Source: Podarcis gaigeae (lineage: Eukaryota). From it: a stretch of 64,000 nucleotides of DNA. The notes under the pieces were generated by a model. It did not search any database, had not been told where the DNA came from, and saw nothing but the letters and a program-made list of their open reading frames with translations. The DNA is taken from the NCBI GenBank assembly GCA_964106915.2, contig OZ066926.1. The stretch is one strand, 5' to 3'. The first letter of the stretch is position 1. Each line of letters starts with the position of its first letter. The translations under genes were made by a program, and so were the position numbers. Shown here piece after piece: positions 1 through 12,012 of this stretch.

Positions 1-249
1 AAAGTATGGAAATATAGGTTGTTAGGCCTTTAAAATATGCCTTTTCAAGTGAGTGCCAATGTTTCCTCCTTCCCCTAGCATAGAAAAAGGTGTTTGATAA
101 GTTAAAAATGGTTTACTTACAAACTCTCCAAAAGTCAGATTAATCTGCTTTCCCATGCAGCAGCCAGAAAAAAATTGTACAGGCAGTAAAACTTAGCTTA
201 CTTGCACAGTGGTGAAAGCTCTTAAATTGGTAAAGCAATTCAATAGTGG

Positions 250-2040
250 CTTGTGAGAGCCATGCGGTCTGAGCTGGAGCAACTAACTAAATCTCTTGGG
301 AACTACTCTCGGAAGGAGACCAATGGCTTGAATACCTAGTTCCTCCCAAGGTGAGGGGGAATGACCTAGTCTAAGCCTGGCAGTACAGTTTATTCTGTGT
401 TATTAATCTCTTCATGCATTAGACTTAAGCATGTCAGTTATATGAGACTGGTTATCCCACAAATGCTAGGTGGTGTGGGGAGCGCTAGTGGCAGCCCCTC
501 TAGCTGTTTCTCCTGAACACCCTAACACTTCCCCTCTGTTGGCTGACAAAGCTGTGTGTGCCCCCATTGTCTTCTCACCAGTCTCTAAGCTGGCCTGCTG
601 CAACCAGGTGCACCAAAGGATACTGCCCTGTTGAAGTAAGAGTCTTTTCTACATGGAATGAGAGGTTTTTCAATCTGCTACTGTGTCCAGGGTAGCAAAA
701 TAGTGTGGGCTGGCTCTCCTGTTCACAATCTGCCCTTCCAATTCCCTGTTGAAAATGATGTATGTCCAACACTGCTGGTTTTCCTCACTGGTATTTGATT
801 AAATCCTAATCTGCTCATTCCCTAGGAATCTGGAAATTTGAAAGGTCTCACAGCATCATACTTTCTCCATGGGGAGGGCCAACAGATATGAGAAGGCTAA
901 TAGCTGGGCAAACTGTGCTGCGGCAAAATTGAGGGCCAAGCTAAGATTGTTAGTGAGGTCAGTCACACAGGCCAGCTGCAGAACCTGTTTTGGAGAAGCA
1001 TAGTTATAGGGAGCAGCATCCTGAGCCAAAATCGGTTGGTTTTGTATACTTCCAGCTGTGACAACTGACTCTGTGTGCCTCCAGATAACCCTTTCTGCTT
1101 AGATATCTATCCCACAGAATCCAGAGCAGAGTATTCTGGAACATGTTCTCTTGGGAGTTGGACGTCCCTCTTCTAGGGCATTAATTTAGATGAATCACCA
1201 GGCCAAGCTCTTGGGCCTAGCTGTTGCCCTGCTTGGACTGATAGTACAATCTAAAACACACTCGCCACTTCCCTGTAGCTGCACATTTGTGGGAGAAGAG
1301 TTGGTAGTCATGGGCAAGCTGCCTTTCAGGAGAGCGTGTTTTCTCAAGGAGGAACCTCTGGTAGGTTTCTAAAGAATTGTGGAACACAGTATGAAAATCA
1401 TTCCTGAGCATGGATGAGAACCCCCAGGCTTGCAGGCCTCATTAGGTCTCCCAGGGATCCTAATTTGGCCCACGAGGCAATTTCCCCCCAGCCACAACCC
1501 TGGATGTCATGACATAAAGCTACAGCTGCAAAGGAACAAGCAGAAACCTTAGGCTGGGCTCCCAGGTGTTCATCTACATGAGACCTGCATTCAGCAGCAC
1601 CTTTTAATCCATCAAGGGTTAAAAATCTAATGGAGGATTCCACTGTCAAACTAGCCAGGCAAGTTTCTTGGTCAGTTAATGGCACTATCTTCTGTCATTA
1701 GTATAACAAGGGAGGTTGCTTTGGCCTGAAGACAAATGGGTGGGCTCTCCTCCCTCACTTGGTGAGAAAGATAAAAGCCAGAGTTGTGTGTGCAGCTGGC
1801 ATAGGAGCAGAGAGACAGAGCCATGCTTGACTTTGGCTTGAATCCAAGGCTGTGACTGGATGGGAGAAGCAGGACCTTCTCATGTGCTAATGCTCCATTG
1901 TAGTCTCAGGTTGTATATGTGTGCAAATGACCCAACTATCACAAAGTCTTTTTTGTTCCTCATTACAAGGAAACCAAACGCTGGATAAGCAATGAAACCC
2001 ATGGAGTCTCACACCTCTCAGAGATTGGGGTGGCGTGAAA
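250..2040. mobile_element. Degenerate LTR-like/retroelement remnant in a ZDHHC11 intron
   Basis: The terminal segment ...ggagtctcacacctctcagagattggggtggcgtg resembles a squamate LTR-type repeat end as I recall it; no intact ORF; boundaries uncertain. Confidence 0.25.
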
Positions 2041-2131
2041 AAATACAATTAAATGCATACATTCAATTGGTAATTGTACAGCCTTCCACAGATTATGGCT
2101 AACTGGAATCTTTCTGTTAACGTGTTCATAG

Positions 2132-2256
2132 GTTTTTCTTCAATGCGATTGCTTCTGCTGCTCTTGGAATCCTTCTGCTGATTATGGTGATGATATATGT
2201 CTTCATCCAGTATTTCGTGGACCCAGAACGGCTCCGCACATCTCCCCAGTTTGAAA
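2132..2256 (+). CDS. ZDHHC11: Palmitoyltransferase ZDHHC11, internal exon just after the DHHC domain (TM3)
   Basis: ag|G...GAAA|gtattg; translates (W)FFFNAIASAALGILLLIMVMIYVFIQYFVDPERLRTSPQFE, matching the ZDHHC1/11 'NYWFFF...QY..P..LRT.P.E' segment; lies upstream of TPPP on the same strand, as in the known ZDHHC11-TPPP synteny. Confidence 0.88.
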
Positions 2257-3342
2257 GTATTGTTCCACTGACTTAAAAAAACTTTTTACACCAATGTGAC
2301 CTAGTAGTACTTTTTCAAGGTAGTGCCTATGGTTTCTTAAACAGAAAGGGGTGGTCATTAAGAGGGAAAACCAGCTCATGATTGGTATAGTACTGCCTAG
2401 ACAGGCATTTGAGCAATGTCCTTCTCTCAACCAAAATTTGTATATGCAAACATTAGGGTTCATTTGTACAACTATTGTAATTTTGAGGGGTGGCCACACA
2501 AAGTAGTATAAACATGTACTTGTTCTTTTCAAAATATAATAAAGTAAGACCCCAGTTGAGAGGACTTTCACAAGACTAATTCACCATGTAGGAAGGAAGA
2601 TATCATTGAGGTGGGAAGGTTTTCATCTGTGAATTTGTCAAGTCCTATTTTAAAGCCATCTAGGTTGGTGGCTGTCACTGCCTGTTACCACCCTGTATGC
2701 AAGATTTCTTAGTGCAGACAACTGTGCCAAATGGTTCACATCAATGCAACATATCATGTTACTACTGTCTGAAATCTGGAAATATTTTATGAGAGATTCA
2801 CCATGTACTTCCAATCAGATTCCAGTTTTCATGTTCTACATTTCTGAGTTTGTTGGAAATTTCCAGTAACAAAGGATATAAGTTTGTAATTATGTTTTCA
2901 TTAGTAAAACTGTCCAGAGTGGCTGGGGAAACCCAGCCAGATGGGCAGGGTAGAAATAATAAATAGTATAGTAAGTAAGAGTAGTAGTACTGTATAGTAA
3001 GAATGTGAAAAAAATTCATGCAATATTCTTTGCTGAATTTTATTGTGTTATTATCTTCCTGAGTGGGTCATGGAAACTGCTATTCTGAGTGATGCTTTGT
3101 ATAGGGCAGAGGGCAGGGGGGATGAGTTTATGGAACCCAGAAAACCTTGGGAACCACTGCTTTAAAAGTGTGTTTTAGTCAATATTTATTTATTCACTGA
3201 TATCTGGCTGTTTGACCAGCATAGACACTTAGGGAACAGTTTCGAAACTCCTGCCATAGTATTAGTACAAAAGGGAACATCATTCATTTCTTAATTGAAA
3301 CCAGAATAAAATTACTTCTCCCCGTTATTTTTTCTCCAATAG

Positions 3343-3498
3343 GTGTCACTAGAAATGGTACCTGGCTGGTCTTTCTTCCTGTTGCTCCAGTAGAGACGAC
3401 AGCAGCTGGCATCCTGAGTGTAGCAATATTAACTGTGGTTTTGGGATCTGCTTCTTTCTTGCTGCTTGGACATTTGTTGACGTTTCATCTTTACCTCT
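3343..3498 (+). CDS. ZDHHC11: ZDHHC11 internal exon (TM4)
   Basis: Polypyrimidine tract + ag, donor gtaagt; phase 1-1 compatible; SVTRNGTWLVFLPVAPVETTAAGILSVAILTVVLGSASFLLLGHLLTFHLYL contains the family motifs WLVFLP and LLGHLL.FH.YL. Confidence 0.9.
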
Positions 3499-3750
3499 GT
3501 AAGTAAAACAATTCTGAAAAACACAGGGTAGGGGAGTGCAAATGAAGGGCTCAGTTTATGCAAAAGACAGGCTTTTATCCCCAATCTTAATGGTGCCCTG
3601 AGTGTACACTATTTTCTCACTAAAGGGAACGATGGTCAAAGATAATGTGAAAGCTCACTGAATTTGCTGACACCCATCTATCTAAGCTGCAAAGCTTTAG
3701 GGATTTATAGTTTTTAAATCTTAAAAAAGCACAAACTTCCATGTACGCAG

Positions 3751-3872
3751 TGAATAAAAAGATGAACACATATGAATACATGACTCGACATCGACCCAGG
3801 CTGTCTACCATATCTCGAGAAACAAGCACAGAGGGAACATCAGATACAACACACACAGTGGACTCTTTACAG
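3751..3872 (+). CDS. ZDHHC11: ZDHHC11 internal exon with the TTxE-like motif
   Basis: cag|TG...CAG|gtaaga; LNKKMNTYEYMTRHRPRLSTISRETSTEGTSDTTHTVDSLQ (NTYEY corresponds to the DHHC TTxE motif); phase 1-0. Confidence 0.85.
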
Positions 3873-4703
3873 GTAAGATCTTCTGTCCCCCTTAGATTTG
3901 CCTTTCCGTAGCATACCTGCTTCTAGTATATATTCATTTGGAAGATCAAACGTGTCGCCCTACTCAGGTGTTCGCCTCAATATGTGTGAATGAAATGTGC
4001 GGAGGAGGCAGATGTGTGCATGAAAGCCCCACCTCCAACATCTGCACATGCCAGTTCCATTTGAAACCTTCCCACATTGAGAGTGATCTGAAAGAACACA
4101 CTTAGAATCCTCCCCATGATCAGGAACCATATATTTTCAGGGTTCCCAAATCACAATGAGGATTTTGAGTTCACCTGAATGTGGTTAGACTCCCCCTTCA
4201 GCAAGGGCGTTGACTTGGGCCCCAGATAATGGGTGCCCAATGTTGCCCAAGACAGAACAAGACACCCTCTATGAGAAGTTTAGGTTCTGTTTAGGTGGAG
4301 GAGAGGGGGGTCCGAGTGCTGTGGCCTCCTCCCCATGCTGCTTAACTCGCTTGGCTGTTCCACTTGCCTTGACACTTTGCCCTCTGGGGCTCATGGTAGG
4401 CCATGGAACTGGCTCCTCTTGCTCAATTATAGGTGGGGAAAGGGTTAACCCCTCTTTTTCCAACGCCCTGATGTAAACTGTACCACCGCTGGGTATGTTC
4501 AATGCTTTGAAGCTATGAACCATTCATTTCATGGATATCCTGCCTGATTTCCAATTTGGCCTTTAATCTTTCAGCTTTTGCCATGTGAATTCTAGACAAC
4601 ATTTAGAACTCCTCTTTAACGCGCATTTAAACTTAAATCCTAAAAAGCAGTATCTATCTGGCACAGGAGCAACCCTCTTATAGGTTTGTGTTCACATTCT
4701 TAG

Positions 4704-4756
4704 GATGTAACTGAAGTAAGAAAACCAGATGAAGTAGCACCCTCCTCTATATCAGG
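4704..4756 (+). CDS. ZDHHC11: Putative ZDHHC11 C-terminal tail exon
   Basis: ttcttag|GAT...GG|gtaagt; phase 0-2, open frame DVTEVRKPDEVAPSSISG; supported only by splice signals and phase. Confidence 0.6.
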
Positions 4757-5190
4757 GTAAGTAAACAGATACATGATTATCATTTTACTGAGCCCAGTGT
4801 CCAATGAGCAAGTGAAAATTATTGCAACCAGAAAGAAGAAATCGGGTTTATTTAGGAATTTGCCTTTCATCAAACACCAGGTAAAGAAAACCGTAGTAAT
4901 AACACTGCATACACCTGTTTTCCATAGAAAATATTCTGACTCAGGTCTGATTCATATGTAACACAAACCATGGTTCTGGGCTTAGACAAAACACTAAGCA
5001 AACCCAGCTTACCTTTGGAAAGAGTTAAGGCAGGAGGACCGAGGAGAAGAGAAGAGCTTTGATTTTTCCTTTGAGCATCTGCATGCCTGCTCATTCATTC
5101 TTAGCCATAGTTTGGCTTAGTGTTTTATGAGAACTGGCCAGTGGGTTATTTCTGTTCCAATTAAAATCTTCTCAAGCTTCAACTGCTTAG

Positions 5191-5236
5191 TAGAAAACAC
5201 AGCCATGATATATCATTGACAGGTTGTGACCATAAT
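5191..5236 (+). CDS. ZDHHC11: Putative ZDHHC11 tail exon with tandem TAGTAG acceptor (start 5191 or 5194)
   Basis: Phase 2-0, (R)KHSHDISLTGCDHN then gtaagt; bridges the neighbouring predicted exons in frame; the acceptor is weak. Confidence 0.45.
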
Positions 5237-5629
5237 GTAAGTAATCCATCTTGGAGTTCATTGCTCAAAACACGAATCAATTAGGGGCAGATGAGAGCCA
5301 TTTTTTTTTTCTGGAAACAGAACAATAGAAATATCAATCTGATAGTGCTTCTACCATCATCATAAGGTTGGCATACTTTAGTTGGGAGACTATGCCTTCC
5401 AAAAGGAATTAAAACAAGGAATAATGTGGACACACCACCAAAATGCCAAACAGCATGGTGTACCAACCATGTCCCCCTCATTAACCATATATAGAAGAGG
5501 TCAACCCATGCCTGGCAGTAGGCAAACATCTCCATGGTGAGACAACTCCATCACAGTCCATAGATATAATGATGCAACAACACCATCAACTTGTATGAAT
5601 GCTTGAGTCTCCTTATCCTGTACACACAG

Positions 5630-5782
5630 TCTGCAAAGAACAAACCTTTAGACACCCACACAGCCACAACTCAATTCAAAGAAGCATGTATGGAGAATTC
5701 TAGGAGAAGTTTTAAGTCCTGCTGGAGAGTCAGTGTCCCTGTGGGTGGGAGGAACTTTCCTCCCAGAAAAGGGAAGGCGCAG
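5630..5782 (+). CDS. ZDHHC11: Putative ZDHHC11 tail exon
   Basis: cag|TCT...CAG|gtgaga; phase 0-0; SAKNKPLDTHTATTQFKEACMENSRRSFKSCWRVSVPVGGRNFPPRKGKAQ. Confidence 0.5.
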
Positions 5783-6076
5783 GTGAGACCATAATTATAT
5801 CTTCACAGAACCACTGCAGTAGCTCAGAATTAAACAGTGCTGAGACAGGAAGCTGAAGGAAGGGGTTTTAGGTCACACCAGGGAGAAGATGTGGTCGTTT
5901 TTAAAATATCCATTTCCCACAAGTTTTGCATAGTTCTGGAAGTCTGCATGCAAACCAGCTGGAATAATTTCAGAACTATTAGCTTGGTTGTTGCATATGC
6001 TCATAAGAGGCCATCTCTGCCCAAAGCATACCTGCAAGGGAATAACTTAAGTCTTTAATTTTGCTTTGCTCCCTAG

Positions 6077-6223
6077 AACTCATGCCAATTAACTGCACTT
6101 GATCAAGAACAGCATCAGGAACAGGTGGCTTCCTCAGAGACGGCCTGTGTAGCATTTCCAGAAGATTACTGTGTTTCATCGATGCGAAATGACCATTGTA
6201 TGCACTTGATTCAGCATAGCTAA
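6077..6223 (+). CDS. ZDHHC11: Putative ZDHHC11 terminal coding exon
   Basis: ttgctttgctccctag|AAC; only phase 0 stays open: NSCQLTALDQEQHQEQVASSETACVAFPEDYCVSSMRNDHCMHLIQHS-stop (TAA 6221-6223). Confidence 0.5.
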   Translation, partial: NSCQLTALDQEQHQEQVASSETACVAFPEDYCVSSMRNDHCMHLIQHS

Positions 6224-6979
6224 AGGGAAAGGTGGAATGCCAGTTCCTGCTCTCAGTTGGGTCAAAACTGGACACTGAAATCACAAGATGTTCCCTTCCT
6301 TATCCAAACCAGCATGCTTCTTTTGTCTCTGAGAAGGTGCTATTATGTGGAAGGCTGTGGCCAGTCAAAAGACCACATGTAAAGAACATGGTGGACTTGG
6401 AGGATGCACCAGATCATCCTTCTAGACGAGGTCTGTGTGTACAGAACTGATGAAATTTTGGTCTGGAGGTTCTCCATTCTATGATAATGAAGGGCTTGAA
6501 ATGTTTTTCATCAGCTGGCAATGCATTATATGAAGACCAGCTGATAACAGCTAAGGAGGAGAGGGTGAGGGTAGGCAGAGGGTGGCTGGATAGGATTTCA
6601 GTGACAGGAATCATTTTGAGGCCCATGCTGATGACCAATGTGTCTCCCAACTCTTGTCTCTGTTTAATGGGAGCGGCATGTGTTTCCTGAAGTTGTACTT
6701 CAAGTGTGAATAATCTCAGCTGAAGAGCCAGCAGATATCCACAAGGCAAGAGTAGCCGTTCACAGGTTCTTCCTTGCACAGAACCAGTAATAGCTACTGT
6801 TGTGAATGCATTTGAGAGTCTCTCCCTAGTAAATGGGAAGCTAGTAAATGGGTAGCAAAATATGTAGCAGATCACAGGATATAGAGAAGATAGCTTGGAG
6901 GGTAATCATTTGACATTGCCAAAAAGAGTAGTAAGTCTTAGAGTCAAAAGTATCCTCCACGTGGCATTGGGAAGGCTCC

Positions 6980-7200
6980 AATAAATTAGACTGATTTCTC
7001 CAAAATGTATTTATATAAAGTGTCACCGCAGAAAGTTCTGCTTATTAATGCCAGTTGGAAAATACTTTCCTTTCTGTCTCTACGCTGAAAACCAGTTTTT
7101 TTAAATAGAAAATGGATTGTGTATTTGATCCTTTTTTAAAATGCTATTTCTTATAAATAAATTATATGATTTTGTGGCATTACAGGAACATTTTAATAAA
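6980..7200 (+). terminator. Candidate ZDHHC11 polyadenylation signals
   Basis: AATAAA at about 6980, 7156 and 7195 in AT-rich sequence downstream of the predicted stop. Confidence 0.4.
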
Positions 7201-7649
7201 CTCCCCCCATTAAACAACGCAAGAGTCTGTCTAGCCTAGTTACATGTAAGATTGGGTTTACTTGACTAAAAATTACAGAGGTTGATTCTCATTTGCACTT
7301 TACATGGGGGAGTGATCCTTTAGATTGGAAAGTTTTCTAGGTTTATAATATGTGTACAATGAAAGGAAAATGTTATTGAATGAAATGTACTTGTTTTTTA
7401 ATCCTCATTCTTTTCATAAAAAGCATTAAAGATAATAAAATTATTATTTTAAAATTGCCTTTTAAATATGAGGAGGAATATAGTCTATGAAATATTGGTG
7501 GCATATAAGGCAATTTTGTCATAAAGAGCCTAACACTAGGCTGCTTCGTTCTGGAGGTAAAGGTTAGAAAGCACATTTCTGAAAAATGAAAGTCACCCAA
7601 AGCTTATATTAAAAGAAACACAGGAAATTAATTGTACAAGTGCATAGAG

Positions 7650-8850
7650 AATAACAACTAGCCAAGCGGCATCAATTCTGACCCTGTAGAGTTAGCAGCA
7701 ACCAGTTCTATGTGGCTGCTCTCAGTCTCTGGGAGCTTGCGACCAAGAACATGCGATCAGGACTAGTAAGCAGGGGCTTTTGCGAGGGTGTTTAGTGAGC
7801 TGGTTTGAGGGGAAGCCTGGAGTGCTATGACACAAGACCTGGGCAGTGACCTGGAACACCTGTGCTATGTTTGTTTTCCTGCCTGAGGGTGTATGAAGTT
7901 ACACCTGCAGCAAATGTAAGCTGGTTGCCTTGCTGGAAGAGAAGGTTCAGCAACTTGAGGTTCACCTCTGCAGACGTAGAGTCATCAGAGGAAGATATTC
8001 TAGATGTAGCAAAGCAGATTGTCCTGGATTAGTGATGCTGTGGGGGGTGGGATGCCCCTAGAGAGGAGGAAGATCACTAAATGCAGGAAGCAAACCCCTG
8101 GAGGAATGTGACACACAGAAGCAGGACTGTCAATAAATGTGTTGTGTCTTTGGGGCAGTACAATTGATTCCAGGCCCTCCCCTTGGACCCTTAATTCTGG
8201 GCCACAGGAACAAGGACAGAAGTTGCAGGTCTCAGAACATACACAGATGGCTAGAGAAGGAGCTGTATATAGAAGGATTCCTGCCACTGCCCAGAGGAGG
8301 ATGTGATGTGCTGTGGTGGCAGGTGACTCCTCTACTGATGAGACAGAGGTTGCAGTGTGCAGGTGTAACAAGATGTCCCAGGAGGTGTGCTGTCTTCCAG
8401 TTGCAAAGATTCAAGGTGTGACAGAGAAGTTACCAAGTCTTATAAAGCCCATCGACCATTACACCTCCCTCCCTCCCTTGTACGCCATGTGGGTACAAAT
8501 GATACCACCAGACACATATAGCAAGGACATGAGACTATGGGTAGGAAGCTGAAGGCACTTGAGGCACAGGTGGTTATTTCCTCACTCCTTCCTGTTGAGT
8601 GATGGCCCTCAACAGGATGGCCCAGGAAGAAAGAGGAAAATACTGGAAGTAAAACAGAAGTGCCTGGTGTGCTCTGGACCATGGGGTCACGAAGAGTCAG
8701 AAACAACTAAACAACAACAACAACAACAACAACTGGCTGTGCAGATGGTATTGGGGAAATATTAGCTTCTTTGACCATGGTTCTCACTTCCATGAAGAAA
8801 GACTTCTGGCAAGAGATGGGTTGCACCTCATAGAGGTTGGCAAGAATGTG
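7650..8850 (+). mobile_element. CR1 LINE 5'UTR/ORF1 remnant (coiled coil + SGNH esterase domain)
   Basis: Degenerate peptides CSKCKLVALLEEKVQQLE (about 7906-7960), SQEVCCLPVAKIQGVTEKLPSLIKPIDHY..VGTND and RKILEV/NWLCRW are typical of CR1 ORF1; frameshifted. Confidence 0.75.
8657..8733 (+). mobile_element. 3' tail of a BovB/RTE LINE with (CAA)n, nested in CR1 ORF1
   Basis: gcctggtgtgctctggaccatggggtcacgaagagtcagaaacaactaaac(aac)n is the BovB-type 3' end; it interrupts the CR1 ORF1 peptide KILEV|NWL. Confidence 0.7.
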
Positions 8851-9895
8851 AATTAAATTAGGATTAAATTTAGGTTTGTTTCATAATGCCCAGTCGAACG
8901 CTATTTCTCCCATCAACTTGTTCTAATCAGATAGTTGAGGGGCAGAGTCCTTTGCCCCATTGTCAAGAACAGGAAGACTTTGCAGAGGGTAACTATGCAA
9001 CTCAGTCATAACTTTTGATAACAGCAGCCTAGCAACTGGGATTTATAAACAGCAGCTGGAAAACACATTTCTTTCACCATTTTGCTGAATTATTTGTTTT
9101 TAAGGCAGGGAACCTGGCACTCATTTTACATGTTTGTTTTTAAAAACACGAATGTCTTTCTCAAAAGCTGATAATACAAATATTCAAATGTGAATGGGGA
9201 ACTTAATCTTGGAGGTTTGCCCTGTGCAGATGTTGAGGGAAAACACAGAGCTTTATCTTCTCGGGATGAGGAATGATCTCAACGGTAGCTGTGTTTAACA
9301 AAGAGATCTATAATGACCAGTAAACATAATCCAAACAATTGAATAACTGAACAGGGAAACTTTTCAGGGGAGGAAAAGACATAGGCTTTCAAATCTGTTA
9401 ATTTCCCCCTCCCTTCTTTGGAATCTAGTGGTTTGGCCAAAGACAAAACTGAATTTTGCAATTAGCAAAAGCAATCAGGAAAAAAACCTAAATAATAATT
9501 AGTATGCAAACATTTGTATCACCACAATGATGGCTGCGTTGCCACACTGCCCACCCAGTGTTGCCTGCCTCAAGTTCTGAATTTTTTAAAACCAGAAGAT
9601 TATGCAGCTGAAGTCTTCAGAGAACTAGAGAAGTCTGCTAGTGTTCCTGAGCAAAGTGACTATTCATAGAAAAGGAACATAAGCCCTTTTGCTAAATAAG
9701 TGTACGAGCTGGTGTAGCATATTGGCTAGGAGGCCAAAGATGCAATAACCCCACTTATTCAGGAGTAATTTTCACTGAATTCAATATGGTTTACTTCTGA
9801 GTAGAAATGGTTAAGATTGGGCTATACATACATGAATCAGAAAGTCCTTCATTCAAATATCTCTTTGGCCACACACTCACTCGATTACCTTAGGC

Positions 9896-10398
9896 CAGGG
9901 GTTTTCAATTTTTAGAATCCACAGCTCCCTTGACCAACTACATTCTTTCTGTGGCACCCCATGGGGCTTAGCAGCCCAGTTATGGTCACCGCTTGACTGC
10001 AGAGCTTGCAGTCTCTCACCCTTTTCCGAACGCCCTCCCTTGTGGAGTGTTCCCTCAGTCTCTCTCCTCTCCCCTCTCCTTGGGAGTCCTCTGGGCAGCC
10101 GCAACTGCCACCCCTGGTCTCTCAGCTGCCCCCTCCGCCCCAAAGAGAGGTGACTTCTCACACTGCCACACAGAGGCCTGGGAAGCACCCCCTGACCAGC
10201 CCCAGAGGCACCATTTCTCTGGGGGGCTTATAGCCAGAGCTGCTGCAACAAACAGCTGTGCAAGCCTTTGGGAGGCAGAGATGCGAGAGGGCATGGGGGG
10301 GGGAGAGAAAGAGGGACAGAGGCCACTGTTGCCATGGTACCCCTGACCATCCTTCAAGGCACCTGAGGGTGCCATGGCACACTGGTTGAAAACCACTG
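9896..10398. mobile_element. Non-autonomous hAT DNA transposon
   Basis: TIRs CAGGGGTTTTCAA / TTGAAAACCACTG; 8-bp TSD ccttaggc / ctttaggc (1 mismatch). Confidence 0.75.
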
Positions 10399-10611
10399 CT
10401 TTAGGCATGCTACTCTTCCTGTCTGCATTATGGGGCTAATGCTAATCAATCTGGCAGAGTTGTTGCAATGATTGATGCTACAAGGTAATGTATATTACAT
10501 GCTTTGAACATTCAAAAGCGCTATACAAATGTTGTGCATTTTTGTACTGCTAATATTGTATACCAGTTCAAATGGAGCTAATCAAACCTTGAATGTGCCA
10601 TTGTAAATGTA

Positions 10612-10775
10612 AAGTTGCCAATCAGAATGCTGGTGGTTCAAATCCCCACAATGGGGTGAGCTCCCATTGTTCAGTCTCAGCTCCTGCCAACCTAGCAGTT
10701 CAAAAGCATGAAGTGCAAGTAGATAAATAGGTACCACACTGGCGGGAAGGTAAACAGTGTTTCCATGCGCTGCTT
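10612..10775 (+). mobile_element. Truncated Sauria SINE
   Basis: ggttcaaatcccc...ctcctgccaacctagcagttc...gcaagtagataaataggtacc core shared with the full copies in this window. Confidence 0.75.
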
Positions 10776-10888
10776 GCGTTCGTTGTCACCCATTCTTTTA
10801 ATCAAAGATCTTCCTCCTGGAAACCTTTGAAACTATATGGATACATTTGACTTCAAACTTTGTAATTTAGTGTACACTTATGAAGGAT

Positions 10889-11220
10889 AAAAGGTAAAGG
10901 GACCCCAAACCATTAAGTCCAGTCGCAGACTACTCTGGGGTTGCGGCGCTCATCTTGCTTTATTGGCCGAGGGAGCCGGCATACAGCTTCCGGGTCATGT
11001 GGCCAGCATGTCTGAGCAGCGCATGGAAACGCTGTTTACCTTCCCGATGGAGCAGTACCTATTTATCTACTTGCACTTTGATGTGCTTTCGAACTGCTAG
11101 GTTGGCAGGAGCAGGGACCGAGCAACGGGAGCTCACTCCATTGACGGGAATTGAACCGCTGACCTTCTGATCAGCAAGTCCTAGGCTCTGTGGTTTAACC
11201 CACAGCGCCACCCGCGTCCC
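10889..11220 (-). mobile_element. Sauria SINE
   Basis: Reverse complement runs GGGACGCGGGTGGCGCTGTGGG to ...ccctttaccttt tail; tRNA-like head with GGTTCAA box. Confidence 0.9.
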
Positions 11221-11326
11221 TTGCCATTGTAATCAGAGCAAAATGAAATACAATCTATCCTGCCTTTTCTTCCTCATTTTGATTGGGTGATATCCAGCAT
11301 TGTAAGAGTGGAATTCCCTTCCTATC

Positions 11327-11873
11327 TGTGCTGTTCCCGGGGGAAAGGTACCGTTACCGTAGTCTGAGTTCACAAGATGAGAGGCGAGGTCCGAATCAGG
11401 GAGCCGGGCGGGGAACAGGAACGCTGGAAGGTCAGAAGCAGGAGGCCGGGCAGGGAACAGGAACGCTGGAACGTCAGGAGCAGGAGGCCGGGCAGGGAAC
11501 AGGAACACTGGAAGGTCTGAAGCCAACAACGACGTTGCTCCCGCAACCTGGGACCGGGCTGACTGACCTTTATCTTCTTCTAAGGCCAGGGGCGGTCCTG
11601 GCCCCCTGGAGCCCCGCCTCCTCTGGCCTTAAGGCGAGCACTCCTCCTGGGAGCAACCAGTTCCCTTCGCCTCTCTGCCCTAAGCCTCTGCAGTTCAGAG
11701 GAGGCCGAAGGGTTACTGGGCCCCGGAGGAGGCTCACCTGTAGACACTGAGTCCTCAAGCACCTCTGGGGCCAGAATGGTTTCACCTGGTGCCTGCTCCT
11801 GAGGATCTGACACAGGTGCAGGCTCCTCAGAATCTAGGCCTTGCCCCAGTTCAGCCAGCCCTGGAGGCGGGGA
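11327..11873 (-). repeat. 3' LTR lacking its first 61 bp
   Basis: Aligns to 15260-15760; three copies of the 42-bp repeat and a 4-bp duplication (ctga); joined directly to integrase sequence at 11873/11874. Confidence 0.95.
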
Positions 11874-12012
11874 TCTTAGTGAAATGGTCGGAGAAAACTA
11901 GAGAAAACTAGAAGGCAGGTACAGCCTCGAGACGGGGGTAAGTCCACTACAAAGTCCAGCGAAACCGTGTGCCAAGGACGTGGTGGAACTGGCAATGGCT
12001 GAAGTAGGCCGG
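11874..12012 (-). pseudogene. Frameshifted start of the integrase core
   Basis: An alternative frame gives [42 protein letters not shown]; 10-bp tandem duplication gagaaaacta at 11891-11910; then a deletion junction into the LTR. Confidence 0.85.

Noticed and set aside
11400-11520. 42-bp repeats as a CRISPR-like array
   Set aside because: Head-to-tail tandem units with no unique spacers, inside a eukaryotic LTR
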